From assembly GCA_047602425.1 (NCBI GenBank), contig JASGHG010000001.1:3264001-3328000 (forward strand): a DNA stretch of 64,000 nucleotides, given 5' to 3'. A model generated the notes under the pieces. The model did no database searches, was not told the origin of the DNA, and saw only the letters and a list, made by a program, of their open reading frames with translations. Positions within the stretch are counted from its first letter, which is position 1. Every line of letters starts with the position of its first letter. This document shows positions 39,819-49,205 of the stretch, in pieces. Source of the DNA: Nibricoccus sp. GTDB lineage: Bacteria > Verrucomicrobiota > Verrucomicrobiia > Opitutales > Opitutaceae. The translations under genes and the position numbers were made by a program.

Positions 39819-42557
39819 TCAATAATCCAGATACGGCCCGAGCCATTTTTCCGTGTCGGCGATGGTTTGGCCGGAGCGGGTGGCGTAGTCTTCGATCTGG
39901 TCTTTGGCGAGTTTGCCGACGCCGAAATATTTTGAATCGGGGTGATTGAAGTACCAGCCGCTCACGCTGCTCGCGGGGGACATGGCGTTGGATTCGGTCA
40001 GGGTGATGCCGGTGGCGGCGGTGGCATTGAGCAGGTCGAAGAGCGGGGGTTTCGACTGGTGGTCCGGGCAGGCGGGATAGCCGGGGGCGGGGCGGATGCC
40101 GCGATATTTTTCGCGGATGATCTGCTCCATCGTGAGGTTCTCCGTTTTGCCGTAGCCGCAGAAATCGCGGGCGCGTTTGTGCATGAGCTCGGCCAAGGCT
40201 TCGGCGAGGCGGTCGCCGAGGGCTTGAGCCATGATCGCGGAGTAGTCGTCCTGCTTGGCTTTGAATTCGGAGGCGAGTTTTTCCACGCCGTGGCCCGCAG
40301 TGACGGCGAAGCCGCCAAGGTAGTCGAGGCGTCCACTGTCCTTCGGCGCAATGTAGTCGGCGAGGCAGTGATTGAACTGGTCGGCGGGTTTCTCCTGCTG
40401 CTGGCGGAGGAGTGGGAAAGTTTTGAGGACCTTCGAACGCGACTCGTCGGAATAGACTTCGACGCTGTCGCCGATGGCGTTTGCCGGCCAGAAGCCGATG
40501 ACGGCTTTGGCGGTGAAGAGCTGTTCGTCGACGATGTGGGCGAGGAGTTTTTGCGCGTCGTTGAAGAGCTTCGTGGCCTCGGTGCCGACTTTTTCGTCTT
40601 TGAGAATGTCCGGGTAGCGACCGTGGAGCTCCCACGCGCTGAAGAAGGGACCCCAGTCCACGAAATCTACGATTTCGCGGAGGGTGATGGGTGATGGGTA
40701 ATGGGTGATGGGTTTCCCAGGACCTATGATCTCTGACCTATGACCTGCGCCCGTGTCCGCGTCCGTTGCGAAGACGCGCGTGCCGAGAAACTCCGGGCGC
40801 GGAATGTCAACTTTAGACCAGTCGAAAGGTTGGCGACGTGCTCGGGCTTCGGCGAGCGAGAGCAGCGGTTTGCGGGCGCGGCGGTTGGCGAAGTCTTCGC
40901 GTTGGGCTTGTTGCTTGGCGACAGTTTCGGCAATGAACTTTGGTTTTTGCTCGGGCGAGAGGAGCGCGCTGACGACGTTGACGACGCGGGAGGCGTCGAG
41001 CACGTGGACCACGCCGTGTTCGTACTCGGGCGCGATCTTCACCGCGGTATGCGCGAGCGAGGTCGTGGCGCCGCCGATGAGCAGCGGAACGTTGAGGCCC
41101 TCGCGTTTCATTTCCTTGGCGACGTGAACCATTTCGTCGAGTGACGGCGTGATGAGGCCGGAGAGGCCGATGACGTCGGCGCCGATTTCCCTGGCTTTGG
41201 CGAGGATCTTGTCGCACGGAACCATGACGCCGAGGTCGGTGACCTCGTAATTGTTACAGGCAAGAACGACCCCGACGATATTTTTGCCGATGTCGTGGAC
41301 GTCGCCCTTGACGGTGGCGATGACGAACTTGCCTTGGGCGCGAGCGGTGCCACCGGCGGCGACGGCGCGCTTTTTCTCCTCTTCCATGTAGGGCGTGAGG
41401 TAGGCGACGGATTTCTTCATCACGCGGGCGGATTTCACGACCTGCGGGAGGAACATTTTGCCAGCGCCAAAAAGATCACCGACGACGCGCATGCCGGCCA
41501 TGAGGGGCCCTTCAATGATGTCGAGCGGGCGCGGGTATTTTTGGCGGGCTTCCTCGGTATCGGCCTCGACGAACGTGTCGATGCCTTTGACGAGTGCGTG
41601 CGAGAGACGATCTTCGACGGAGGCATTTCTCCAGGCTTCGGCGGAAGGTTCCGTGATCTCGGATTTGGAATTTGAGATTTGAGCCTTGAGCGCTTCGGCG
41701 TGGGCGATCAGGCGTTCCGTTGCATCTGGGCGACGGTTGAGGAGAACATCGTCGGCGAGTTCGCGGAGGGTGGGTTCAATCTCGTCATAGACGCCGAGCA
41801 TGCCGGCGTTGACGATGGCCATGTCGAGGCCGGCCTCGATCGCGTGGTAGAGAAACGCGGTGTGCATCGCTTCGCGCACGGGATTGTTGCCGCGGAAAGA
41901 AAAGGAGACATTGGAAACGCCACCGCTGACTTTCGCGCCGGGGAGCGTTTGTTTGATGATCCGGGTGGCCTCGAAGAAATCGACGGCGTAATTGTTGTGC
42001 TCCTCGATACCGGTGGCGACGGTGAGGATGTTTGGGTCGAAGATAATGTCCTCGGGCGGGAAACCGAGTTTGTCGACGAGCAGGCGGTAAGCGCGTGTGC
42101 AGATGCGGACTTTTTCGTCGCGGGTGGCGGCTTGGCCGTTTTCGTCAAAGGCCATGACAACGGCGGCAGCGCCGTAGCGCATGAGAAGTTTGGCGCGGCG
42201 GAGAAATTCGGTTTCGCCATCCTTGAGCGAGATGGAATTGACGATGCCCTTGCCCTGAAGGCACTGAAGACCTTTTTCCAGAACCGTCCATTTGGAGGAA
42301 TCGAGCATCACGGGCACGCGACAAATGTCGGGTTCGGCAGCGATGAGATTGAGGAATTTGACCATCGTGGCCTCGCCATCGATCAATGCCTCGTCGACGT
42401 TGATGTCGATGACGTTTGCGCCGCTCTCGACTTGTTGCTTGGCGATAGCGAGACAGGCGTCCCAGTCGCCGGCCTTGAGGGCCTTGGCGAATTTAGGCGA
42501 GCCGGTGATGTTGGTGCGTTCGCCGACGACGAGAAAGGTGGATGCGGTTTTGGTCAC
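39819..42557 (-). CDS. metH: B12-dependent methionine synthase, C-terminal module (folate-binding, cap, cobalamin-binding and reactivation domains)
   Basis: [38 protein letters not shown] and [14 protein letters not shown]; lacks the Hcy domain. Confidence 0.95.
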   Translation of the reverse strand: MTKTASTFLVVGERTNITGSPKFAKALKAGDWDACLAIAKQQVESGANVIDINVDEALIDGEATMVKFLNLIAAEPDICRVPVMLDSSKWTVLEKGLQCLQGKGIVNSISLKDGETEFLRRAKLLMRYGAAAVVMAFDENGQAATRDEKVRICTRAYRLLVDKLGFPPEDIIFDPNILTVATGIEEHNNYAVDFFEATRIIKQTLPGAKVSGGVSNVSFSFRGNNPVREAMHTAFLYHAIEAGLDMAIVNAGMLGVYDEIEPTLRELADDVLLNRRPDATERLIAHAEALKAQISNSKSEITEPSAEAWRNASVEDRLSHALVKGIDTFVEADTEEARQKYPRPLDIIEGPLMAGMRVVGDLFGAGKMFLPQVVKSARVMKKSVAYLTPYMEEEKKRAVAAGGTARAQGKFVIATVKGDVHDIGKNIVGVVLACNNYEVTDLGVMVPCDKILAKAREIGADVIGLSGLITPSLDEMVHVAKEMKREGLNVPLLIGGATTSLAHTAVKIAPEYEHGVVHVLDASRVVNVVSALLSPEQKPKFIAETVAKQQAQREDFANRRARKPLLSLAEARARRQPFDWSKVDIPRPEFLGTRVFATDADTGAGHRSEIIGPGKPITHYPSPITLREIVDFVDWGPFFSAWELHGRYPDILKDEKVGTEATKLFNDAQKLLAHIVDEQLFTAKAVIGFWPANAIGDSVEVYSDESRSKVLKTFPLLRQQQEKPADQFNHCLADYIAPKDSGRLDYLGGFAVTAGHGVEKLASEFKAKQDDYSAIMAQALGDRLAEALAELMHKRARDFCGYGKTENLTMEQIIREKYRGIRPAPGYPACPDHQSKPPLFDLLNATAATGITLTESNAMSPASSVSGWYFNHPDSKYFGVGKLAKDQIEDYATRSGQTIADTEKWLGPYLDY

Positions 42558-42566
42558 GATGAAAGG

Positions 42567-43034
42567 TTATTTAATGAAAATGGAATCGAGGCCTTTTTCG
42601 GGATCGACGAATTCGATGGCGGTGATGTGCGCGGATTCGTCGAGGCGGAGGAGAGTAAGTTTGTCGTCCTGCTTCGGATAGCGGGAGAGGAGGTCCTTCG
42701 CGTCGCCGAGGAGGATGCGGTGAGGATATTTCTTCATCTTCGGCAGAGCGAAGACACGTCCGACACCAGGCATGCCGTGAATGTCGGCGAGAAAAATCGC
42801 CTGTTTCTGCGGAAGAAAATCGGCGCCCTTTTCGGCGAACCATTTATTGGCTTTTTTGCCGGTGCCCATTTCAAAACTGACCAGAAAGACGCGCGGCCCG
42901 GGAGCGAAGGCGTATTCCTTTTCGTGCTGATCTTTGACGGTGAAAGAGTCGAGCTTGTCACCGATCTTGTACGGATCGGCCGCGGAAAGGTGAGTGGCAA
43001 CAAACAAGGCGAGAACGGAGAAGAGACGTTTCAT
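42567..43034 (-). CDS. Secreted hypothetical protein, thioredoxin-like fold suspected
   Basis: Signal peptide; IGDKLDSFTVKDQH start typical of redoxin-like proteins; ADIHGMP..FALPKM; no Cys. Confidence 0.7.
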   Translation of the reverse strand: MKRLFSVLALFVATHLSAADPYKIGDKLDSFTVKDQHEKEYAFAPGPRVFLVSFEMGTGKKANKWFAEKGADFLPQKQAIFLADIHGMPGVGRVFALPKMKKYPHRILLGDAKDLLSRYPKQDDKLTLLRLDESAHITAIEFVDPEKGLDSIFIK

Positions 43035-43049
43035 GGTGGGTGGAGTGGT

Positions 43050-44051
43050 TTAGGCGAGCAGCTGGGCGATGGCCCAACCAGTCGCGAACGTTACGAGGGT
43101 CGTCAAAATCAGCAACTGGTAGCAGCGACGGATGTCGCGTTGATCGGCTCCTTCCGGATCGGCCGGATCGCCGAGCCAAAGATCGCAGACAAGCACGCCG
43201 TTTTTATAAATGGGCCCGATGAGACGCAGGCCCAGCGCGCCGGCCATGGTGGCTTCGGGCCAGCCGCTGTTGGGACCGGGGACGAGAGCGTGTTGCGCAA
43301 GGCCCCAGCGCCAGGCTTTGCGGCCGTGCATGCCGGGCAAAACGAAGGCGAAACCGGTGAGCAATAAAAAGCACCAGCGGGCAAAAAGGAAATTGGCGAC
43401 ATCGTCGAGTCGCGCACCGCACCAACCGAAGCGGAGGTAGCGTTCGTTTTTGTAACCGACCATGCTGTCCATCGTGCTGGTGATTTTGAAAAGCACGGCT
43501 CCAAGCGGGCCAAAGGCGAGGGCGAAGGCGAGGGGGGACAAGACGCCATCGACAAGGTTCTCGCTCATGCTTTCGACGGCACCGCGACCGCAGGCGCGTA
43601 GGTCCATCTTGTCGGTGTCGCGGCCGACGAGCATGCCAATAGCGTCACGGGCGGCGGACAAGTCGTTGGACGCGACGGCGCGGGCGATGCGCTCGCCGTG
43701 AGCGATGAGATCGCGCAGCGCGAAGCAGGCCCAAAGAACAAGACCGGTGGCTAGATCGAACGCGAATGGATGAAGCGTGTGCGCTGCGGCTAGAAAGGCG
43801 AAGCCGAGCGGCAGAACCGAACCGGCGAGAAGAAGGAAGAGGAGGACGCCGCCGACGTAACCATTGAGACCGATCTTGAAGAGAAAACTTTCGATGGTTG
43901 CGAGCCATCGGCCGAGCAGACGGATCGGATGAAGCGCAAAGACGGGATCGCCGATAAGCGCGTCGAAGCCCAACCCGATCGCGGACCAGAGGATGAAGCG
44001 CGGGTCGAAGAAGCCGGTGAGAGCAGAGAGCGTGATCGAAAGGTCAGGCAA
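43050..44051 (-). CDS. cbiB: Adenosylcobinamide-phosphate synthase
   Basis: IGDP..HPI, LVGRDT, ESMSENLVDG, TMDSMVGYKNERY, ARLDD and PNSGWPEA. Confidence 0.95.
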   Translation of the reverse strand: MPDLSITLSALTGFFDPRFILWSAIGLGFDALIGDPVFALHPIRLLGRWLATIESFLFKIGLNGYVGGVLLFLLLAGSVLPLGFAFLAAAHTLHPFAFDLATGLVLWACFALRDLIAHGERIARAVASNDLSAARDAIGMLVGRDTDKMDLRACGRGAVESMSENLVDGVLSPLAFALAFGPLGAVLFKITSTMDSMVGYKNERYLRFGWCGARLDDVANFLFARWCFLLLTGFAFVLPGMHGRKAWRWGLAQHALVPGPNSGWPEATMAGALGLRLIGPIYKNGVLVCDLWLGDPADPEGADQRDIRRCYQLLILTTLVTFATGWAIAQLLA

Positions 44052-44087
44052 GGTATTCTAGGGGGATGCGATCGGACACCGAAATTA

Positions 44088-44218
44088 TTTTTACAGAAGA
44101 GAACGAAGGGAACGAAGAGTTGCTGGCGGAATGGAGTCTGGGTTCTAGGCGGAGTAAATGGAAATTGGAGTTGGGAAAATCAGTAGCGCTTTGTTGCCTT
44201 AGTTTCCTTCTGTAAAAA
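44088..44218. repeat. MITE-like hairpin element with 12-bp terminal inverted repeats and 9-nt internal repeats
   Basis: TTTTTACAGAAG ... CTTCTGTAAAAA, with GAACGAAG units inside the left arm. Confidence 0.7.
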
Positions 44219-44234
44219 AGGTTTTATCTGCGGT

Positions 44235-45512
44235 CTATTGGTTCCATTTTTTCCGCCAGCCGAGGGCGATGGCGCGTTGGGCGAGAGCGACGGCGGCGGG
44301 GAGGAGTTGCGCGGGAGCCGAACCGAGATCGAGCGGCAAATGCGGAATGAGCTCGCGGCGGAAGTTGTCGAAACGTTCCGGCTGGCAGGCGAGGCCGGCG
44401 GCCATGAGCGCGGCTTGGTTGATCAGACTTTCGCGAGCGGACCCAGCGCCGAGGGTGCCATAGAGCACGCGGTCGAGGACGGCGGCGAACGCATAGGCGG
44501 CGGCGGCGAGTTGGGGCTCGTAGACGACGGGATTCCAGTTGGCCTTGAGCAATTCGAATTCGCGTTCGGAAAGAAGCGTAGGCTGGGCGGCTTTGAAGGC
44601 TTCCTCGGTCAGACCGAAGCGGCCGAGCGCGTGGAAAAGAGAACGGGTCAGGCTGGGTTCGAGGCCGTTTTGCCAGCGAAGAGCTTCGAGCGTGGCTTGG
44701 CGTACGGCGAGACCGGTGAGTTCGCCGGCCTTGGTGTGCTTCCCGGTCCAGGTGCGGGGAGCGCCGCCGTGGAGCGGTGTGGCGATGGCGAATTGATCGG
44801 TTCCGGTACCGGTGGCAAGACGCCAGGAGCTTTTGCTGCCGACGGCAAGTTCAAGGAGCGCGCTCGTCTTGGCCTCGGTCATGGTCATCGCCGCACGCGT
44901 GAGCGCGGCGGCGCTGAGAGGCGCGGAAAAGAGCAGCACGGTGTTGATCGTGCCATGGTGGGTGCCAGGGGACTTTTGATTGGGGATTTCTGATTTTTGA
45001 TTTGGCGATCCGGCTATTTCGTTCGGTACGGACTCAATTTTGGGAGTTTGAGTTTTGACGGTTGGAATTTGCGGTGGCATGACGCGTTCCCATTTGCCAT
45101 TGCGTTCATCGTAGTGGGCGGCGTCACCGGCGCTGCCGGCGTTACCGGTCACACCGGCGGTGACAATGGCGGTAACGGAAAGATCGGCATGGGTCTGCGT
45201 GATCATGCCGAGATACTGCATCTGCGCGGCGGTGCCCATGAGTGCAGTCTGGGCGGGATCGAGCGCGAGTTCGGCGCAGACGTGGCGGTGATAGCCATTC
45301 TGGCCGATTTCGGCGATGAGCTCGTGGCGCTCCAGATGTTTGCCCGGCTCGCAACTCTGATGGTTCACGAGATAACGAAGATCGTTGCGGAGACCGCCGT
45401 TCACGTGGCAGGTGCTGAGAACGAGCGCGGGCGCGCGAAGTTCGACAATGGCGTAGCGGCCGCGGCGTTGGAGTTCGGCGAACGGCGAGGTGAAGAGCGG
45501 AAGGTCGGACAT
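44235..45512 (-). CDS. cbiZ: Adenosylcobinamide amidohydrolase
   Basis: VNHQSCEP, MGTAA, VTAGVTGNA, GTIN, MTEAKT and ATGTGTDQ. Confidence 0.88.
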   Translation of the reverse strand: MSDLPLFTSPFAELQRRGRYAIVELRAPALVLSTCHVNGGLRNDLRYLVNHQSCEPGKHLERHELIAEIGQNGYHRHVCAELALDPAQTALMGTAAQMQYLGMITQTHADLSVTAIVTAGVTGNAGSAGDAAHYDERNGKWERVMPPQIPTVKTQTPKIESVPNEIAGSPNQKSEIPNQKSPGTHHGTINTVLLFSAPLSAAALTRAAMTMTEAKTSALLELAVGSKSSWRLATGTGTDQFAIATPLHGGAPRTWTGKHTKAGELTGLAVRQATLEALRWQNGLEPSLTRSLFHALGRFGLTEEAFKAAQPTLLSEREFELLKANWNPVVYEPQLAAAAYAFAAVLDRVLYGTLGAGSARESLINQAALMAAGLACQPERFDNFRRELIPHLPLDLGSAPAQLLPAAVALAQRAIALGWRKKWNQ

Positions 45513-45549
45513 CGACAAATGAAAAGTGAGAAGTGGAAGTTATTGGCAG

Positions 45550-46623
45550 TTAGCCTACGGTGAGTGGTTCGAGGCCGCTCAACTGAAGTGCACTGGATTT
45601 GACGCGGGTGGCGTGAGGTCTTTTGCCATGCACGGCTTTGGCGATCGCGGCGATGTGCGCGGGTGTGGAACCGCAACAGCCACCGACGAGATTGACGAAG
45701 CCGGAGCTGGCGAATTCGCCGAGAACGTGGGCCATGTCCGCCGGCGTTTCGTCGTAGCCGCCGAACGCGTTCGGCAAGCCGGCATTCGGATAACAGGAGA
45801 CGTGGCATTCGGCGATTCGCGAAAGTTCCTCGATGTACGGGCGCATCTGTTTTCCGCCAAGAGCGCAATTGATGCCGATGGAGAGTGGTTTGGCATGGCG
45901 GACAGAATTGTAGAAGGCGGCCACGGTCTGGCCGGACAGCGTGCGGCCGGAGGCGTCGGTGATGGTGACGCTGATCATGATTGGCACGCGGCGGCCGAGT
46001 TTATCGAAGACGCCTTCGATGGCGAAGAGCGCGGCTTTGGCATTGAGCGTATCGAAGATCGTTTCAACGAGCAGTGCGTCGACACCGCCTTCAAGGAGCG
46101 CTTCGACTTGTTCGGTATAGGAAGCAACGACCTGCTCCCAACTCACAGCGCGAAAGTCCGGACGGTTGACATCTGGCGACATCGAGAGCGTGCGATTGAG
46201 CGGACCGATGGCGCCGGCTACGTAACACTGACGGCCCGGCGTGGCGGCTTCGGCGCGTTGGGCGGCGCGGCGGGCGACTTGGACGGCGGCGAGATTGATT
46301 TCGCGGACGAGGAATTCGGTTTTGTAGTCGGCCTGCGCGATCGAAGTGGAACTGAAAGTGTTGGTCTCGACGACGTCGGCTCCGGCAGAGAAATAATCGA
46401 AATGGATCTGCTCGATGAGTTCGGGTCGCGTGAGGCAGAGCAAATCGTTGTTGCCCTTCAAATCATGTGGATGGCTGGCAAAACGGTCACCGCGAAAATC
46501 TTTTTCCTCCAAGCGATGGGTTTGGATCATCGAACCCATCGCGCCGTCGAGAATAACAATGCGCTCGGCAAAGAGCCGCGCGAGATCGCGAATGGGAGGA
46601 GAAATCGGATTCTGTTTTAACAT
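45550..46623 (-). CDS. metH: Methionine synthase N-terminal homocysteine-binding module (split MetH)
   Basis: [45 protein letters not shown] and GGCCG; ends LSGLEPL at the usual domain boundary. Confidence 0.95.
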   Translation of the reverse strand: MLKQNPISPPIRDLARLFAERIVILDGAMGSMIQTHRLEEKDFRGDRFASHPHDLKGNNDLLCLTRPELIEQIHFDYFSAGADVVETNTFSSTSIAQADYKTEFLVREINLAAVQVARRAAQRAEAATPGRQCYVAGAIGPLNRTLSMSPDVNRPDFRAVSWEQVVASYTEQVEALLEGGVDALLVETIFDTLNAKAALFAIEGVFDKLGRRVPIMISVTITDASGRTLSGQTVAAFYNSVRHAKPLSIGINCALGGKQMRPYIEELSRIAECHVSCYPNAGLPNAFGGYDETPADMAHVLGEFASSGFVNLVGGCCGSTPAHIAAIAKAVHGKRPHATRVKSSALQLSGLEPLTVG

Positions 46624-46648
46624 ATCAACGTATCAAGATATATTGATG
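46622..46648. promoter_or_regulatory. SahR/SamR-like operator at the metH operon start
   Basis: ATCAA-GATATA-TTGAT (46632-46647) plus overlapping ATATC-N10-GATAT, abutting the start codon. Confidence 0.6.
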
Positions 46649-46820
46649 CGACATTGCAAGCCGGTAATTTCGACAACTAATACGGGAGAAAAGAACAGGC
46701 GCGGGAGCAAGCGGGCGAGAGCAGAATTTTGCAGAAGAGCGCTGGCGGTGGACTGCGGTTGGGTGGGAGACAGTTAAATAAAAAGGTTGCGCAACGCGGA
46801 TTTGTTCGCGGAGTCTGCGT

Positions 46821-47117
46821 GGGTTCGTTGTTCTTTACATTCGCTCAAGGTTCAGGGGAAGGCCGTGAGAATCGGCCACAGTTGCGCTGCGGTAACGCAT
46901 CACGAACCTCCATCGTACTCCGAACGTACGAAACAGCCAATCGGCCCAGCAGGCCGGTGAAGGCGGAGGTGAGGCGGCCGCGCGGCGCGGCAAATCCCAA
47001 ATCACAAAAGCCCAAATTTCAAAGTCAGCTCCGATGCTGTATTTTGGAATTCTGGATTCTGGATTTTGGAATTTGCACGCAACGCGTGCCAGAAATGCGA
47101 AGTCCGAAGACCCTCCC
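46821..47117 (+). ncRNA. Cobalamin riboswitch
   Basis: AGGGGAA-GGCCGTGAGAATCGGCC-ACAG..GCGCTGCGGTAA, AGCCAAT..GAAGGC and B12-box AGTCCGAAGACCCTCC; upstream of btuB. Boundaries approximate. Confidence 0.88.
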
Positions 47118-47258
47118 GGGAGTGCTCACGCGGCCGAAGCGGAACTTTTGCGCGCTTCGGTCTCGAAATCTTCATCGCAAAAATGAAGCGTGAGAGCAGC
47201 TCATACGACCTGCCGGCAACGGTGTGTCTGCTCTTGCTTTAATCAAAGAGAGATCACC

Positions 47259-49187
47259 ATGCCTTCCTTCCAACGCTCCCGCCTGACGGGATTGTTGTTT
47301 CGTTCCATTGCATTGGCGACGGCCATCGCGTCGCTTGCCCATGCCCAAACCACAACGGTTGAAACCGCTTCAGCGGCACCGACCCACGACTCCGTCCCGC
47401 AGTTGGACAAATATGTCGTCTCCGCGTCGCGCACGCCCACCGATCCTCGTAATGTTCCGAACGCGGTTACGTTCGTAAAACTCGAGGAGCTCACTGCGTC
47501 GCAAGTCCCGGATTTGCGCACGGCGCTCGCCGCCCAGCCAGGTGTCATGCTCGTTTCCACGGGCGCCAAGGGCGCGCAGTCCACCATCTACATGCGTGGC
47601 GCGGCCGCTGACCAGGTGCTGTTGTTTGTCGACGGCATTCGCATGAACACGACCGAGGCGGGTTACGCCAACTTCCTTGGCGGGGCCGACTTGGTCGGCA
47701 TCGACCGTCTGGAAATTTTGCGCGGCCCCCAGAGCACACTCTATGGCAGCTCGGCCATGGGCGGCGTGATCACGCTCAATACCACCCACGGCTGCGGCGG
47801 CCCGATAGCGGATTTATCGGTTGAAACCGGTTCGTTCGACACGTTTGCCGTCTCCGCAGCGGTGCAGGGCGGCACCCAGACGGTTGGCTACAGCGCCTCG
47901 CTTTCGCGCACGCGGACCGACAACGACCGCGCGGACAACGGCTTCAAGGCGACCTCGTACAGCTCACGCGTGGAGTGGACGCCGTTCAAGGGCCTGCTCG
48001 TCGGAGGCACCGTGCGCGGCCAGAAGGGCCGCTTCGAAGAGCCGGGTACCAACGGCGGCAGCAAGGGCATTGCCGAGGTGCCGAACCATCTTGTCACCGC
48101 CTATGTGCAGTGGCAGCCCATCGACGGTGTCTCCACGCGGTTGACTCATGGCTGGCACCAGACGGAGTACACTTGGACCGATATAACCTACGGTCCGACC
48201 TCGAACTACTACGCGCGCAACACTCGCGAGGTCCTCGACTGGCAAAACAGTTGGGACGCATTTAAGTGGCTGCAACTCGTCGGCGGCATCAACGCCGAAT
48301 GGGCGCACTACACCAACGGTGGCGTAAAGCTCACCGACGATCAGAATGCGATCTATGCTTCGGCTTCGTTTCGACCGCTCGCGGGGCTGACGATCGATGT
48401 CGGCGACCGCAAGGACGAACATGAACTGGACGGTGGTGCAACCACGGGCCGTGCAGGCGTCTCGTATTTCCTGAAACCCTCCGGCACGAAGTTCCGCGCG
48501 ACTTACGGCACGGGTTTCAAGGTGCCGAGCATGATCAATCGCAATGGCTCCGAGCCATGGTACGGTGCCAGTCCCGACGTTAAGCCGGAAAAGTCCAAAG
48601 GTTGGGACGCGGGTATCGACCAGGAACTTCTCGACGGAAAACTGACCGCGAGTGCGACGTATTTCCACAACGACTTTGAGGACTTGATCGTCAGCAACTA
48701 TAAATATTTGCCGGCAGAAAACAAATGGCGGTACATCGCGGAAAACGTGAACAAAGCCTACACCGAAGGCGCCGAATTCGCACTCTCGATCGAGCCGATC
48801 CAGTTCGTAAAACTAAAAACTTCCTACACGTATCTGACCGCGATCGACGACAGCAAGAGCGGCAAGCCTGTCCGCCTCGTGCGCCGTCCGCGTCACACCG
48901 GCGATGTCGAGCTGCAGGTGCTGCCGACCACAAGTTGGATCTTTGGCGTCGGTGTGCATTTTGTGGGTTCGCGCGAGGAATCCGTCTACAATCCCGCGAC
49001 CTATTCGTCGAAACAGGTCGACACGGAGAACTATGCGGTCGCGCGCGCCTTCATTTCCTACCGAACGAGCGATAACGCCTATTTGAAATTGCGTGTAGAA
49101 AACGTATTTAACGAAAAGTATGCCGAGGCTTTTGGCTACGAAGCTTTACCACGTGGGGTTTTTGGCGGAGTGGAGTTGAAGTTCTAA
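47259..49187 (+). CDS. btuB: TonB-dependent cobalamin receptor
   Basis: Signal peptide; VVSASR TonB box; DRLEILRGPQSTLYGSSAMGGVI; C-terminal Phe; follows the B12 riboswitch. Confidence 0.9.
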   Translation: MPSFQRSRLTGLLFRSIALATAIASLAHAQTTTVETASAAPTHDSVPQLDKYVVSASRTPTDPRNVPNAVTFVKLEELTASQVPDLRTALAAQPGVMLVSTGAKGAQSTIYMRGAAADQVLLFVDGIRMNTTEAGYANFLGGADLVGIDRLEILRGPQSTLYGSSAMGGVITLNTTHGCGGPIADLSVETGSFDTFAVSAAVQGGTQTVGYSASLSRTRTDNDRADNGFKATSYSSRVEWTPFKGLLVGGTVRGQKGRFEEPGTNGGSKGIAEVPNHLVTAYVQWQPIDGVSTRLTHGWHQTEYTWTDITYGPTSNYYARNTREVLDWQNSWDAFKWLQLVGGINAEWAHYTNGGVKLTDDQNAIYASASFRPLAGLTIDVGDRKDEHELDGGATTGRAGVSYFLKPSGTKFRATYGTGFKVPSMINRNGSEPWYGASPDVKPEKSKGWDAGIDQELLDGKLTASATYFHNDFEDLIVSNYKYLPAENKWRYIAENVNKAYTEGAEFALSIEPIQFVKLKTSYTYLTAIDDSKSGKPVRLVRRPRHTGDVELQVLPTTSWIFGVGVHFVGSREESVYNPATYSSKQVDTENYAVARAFISYRTSDNAYLKLRVENVFNEKYAEAFGYEALPRGVFGGVELKF

Positions 49188-49205
49188 GATCCTGCGTTTG
49201 AGACC

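Noticed and set aside
41679..43367. 562-aa plus-strand ORF
   Set aside because: Antisense shadow across metH-C, the secreted protein gene and cbiB.
45550..46623. metH as a broken pseudogene
   Set aside because: Both parts are intact, break at the natural domain boundary and retain catalytic motifs, so a functional split is more likely.
47170..47250. SAM riboswitch in tandem with the B12 riboswitch (CCGGCAAC..GGTG)
   Set aside because: The SAM-I core (ATCAAGAG start, kink-turn/pseudoknot arm, closing GAT) is not in the right order; more likely the expression platform.
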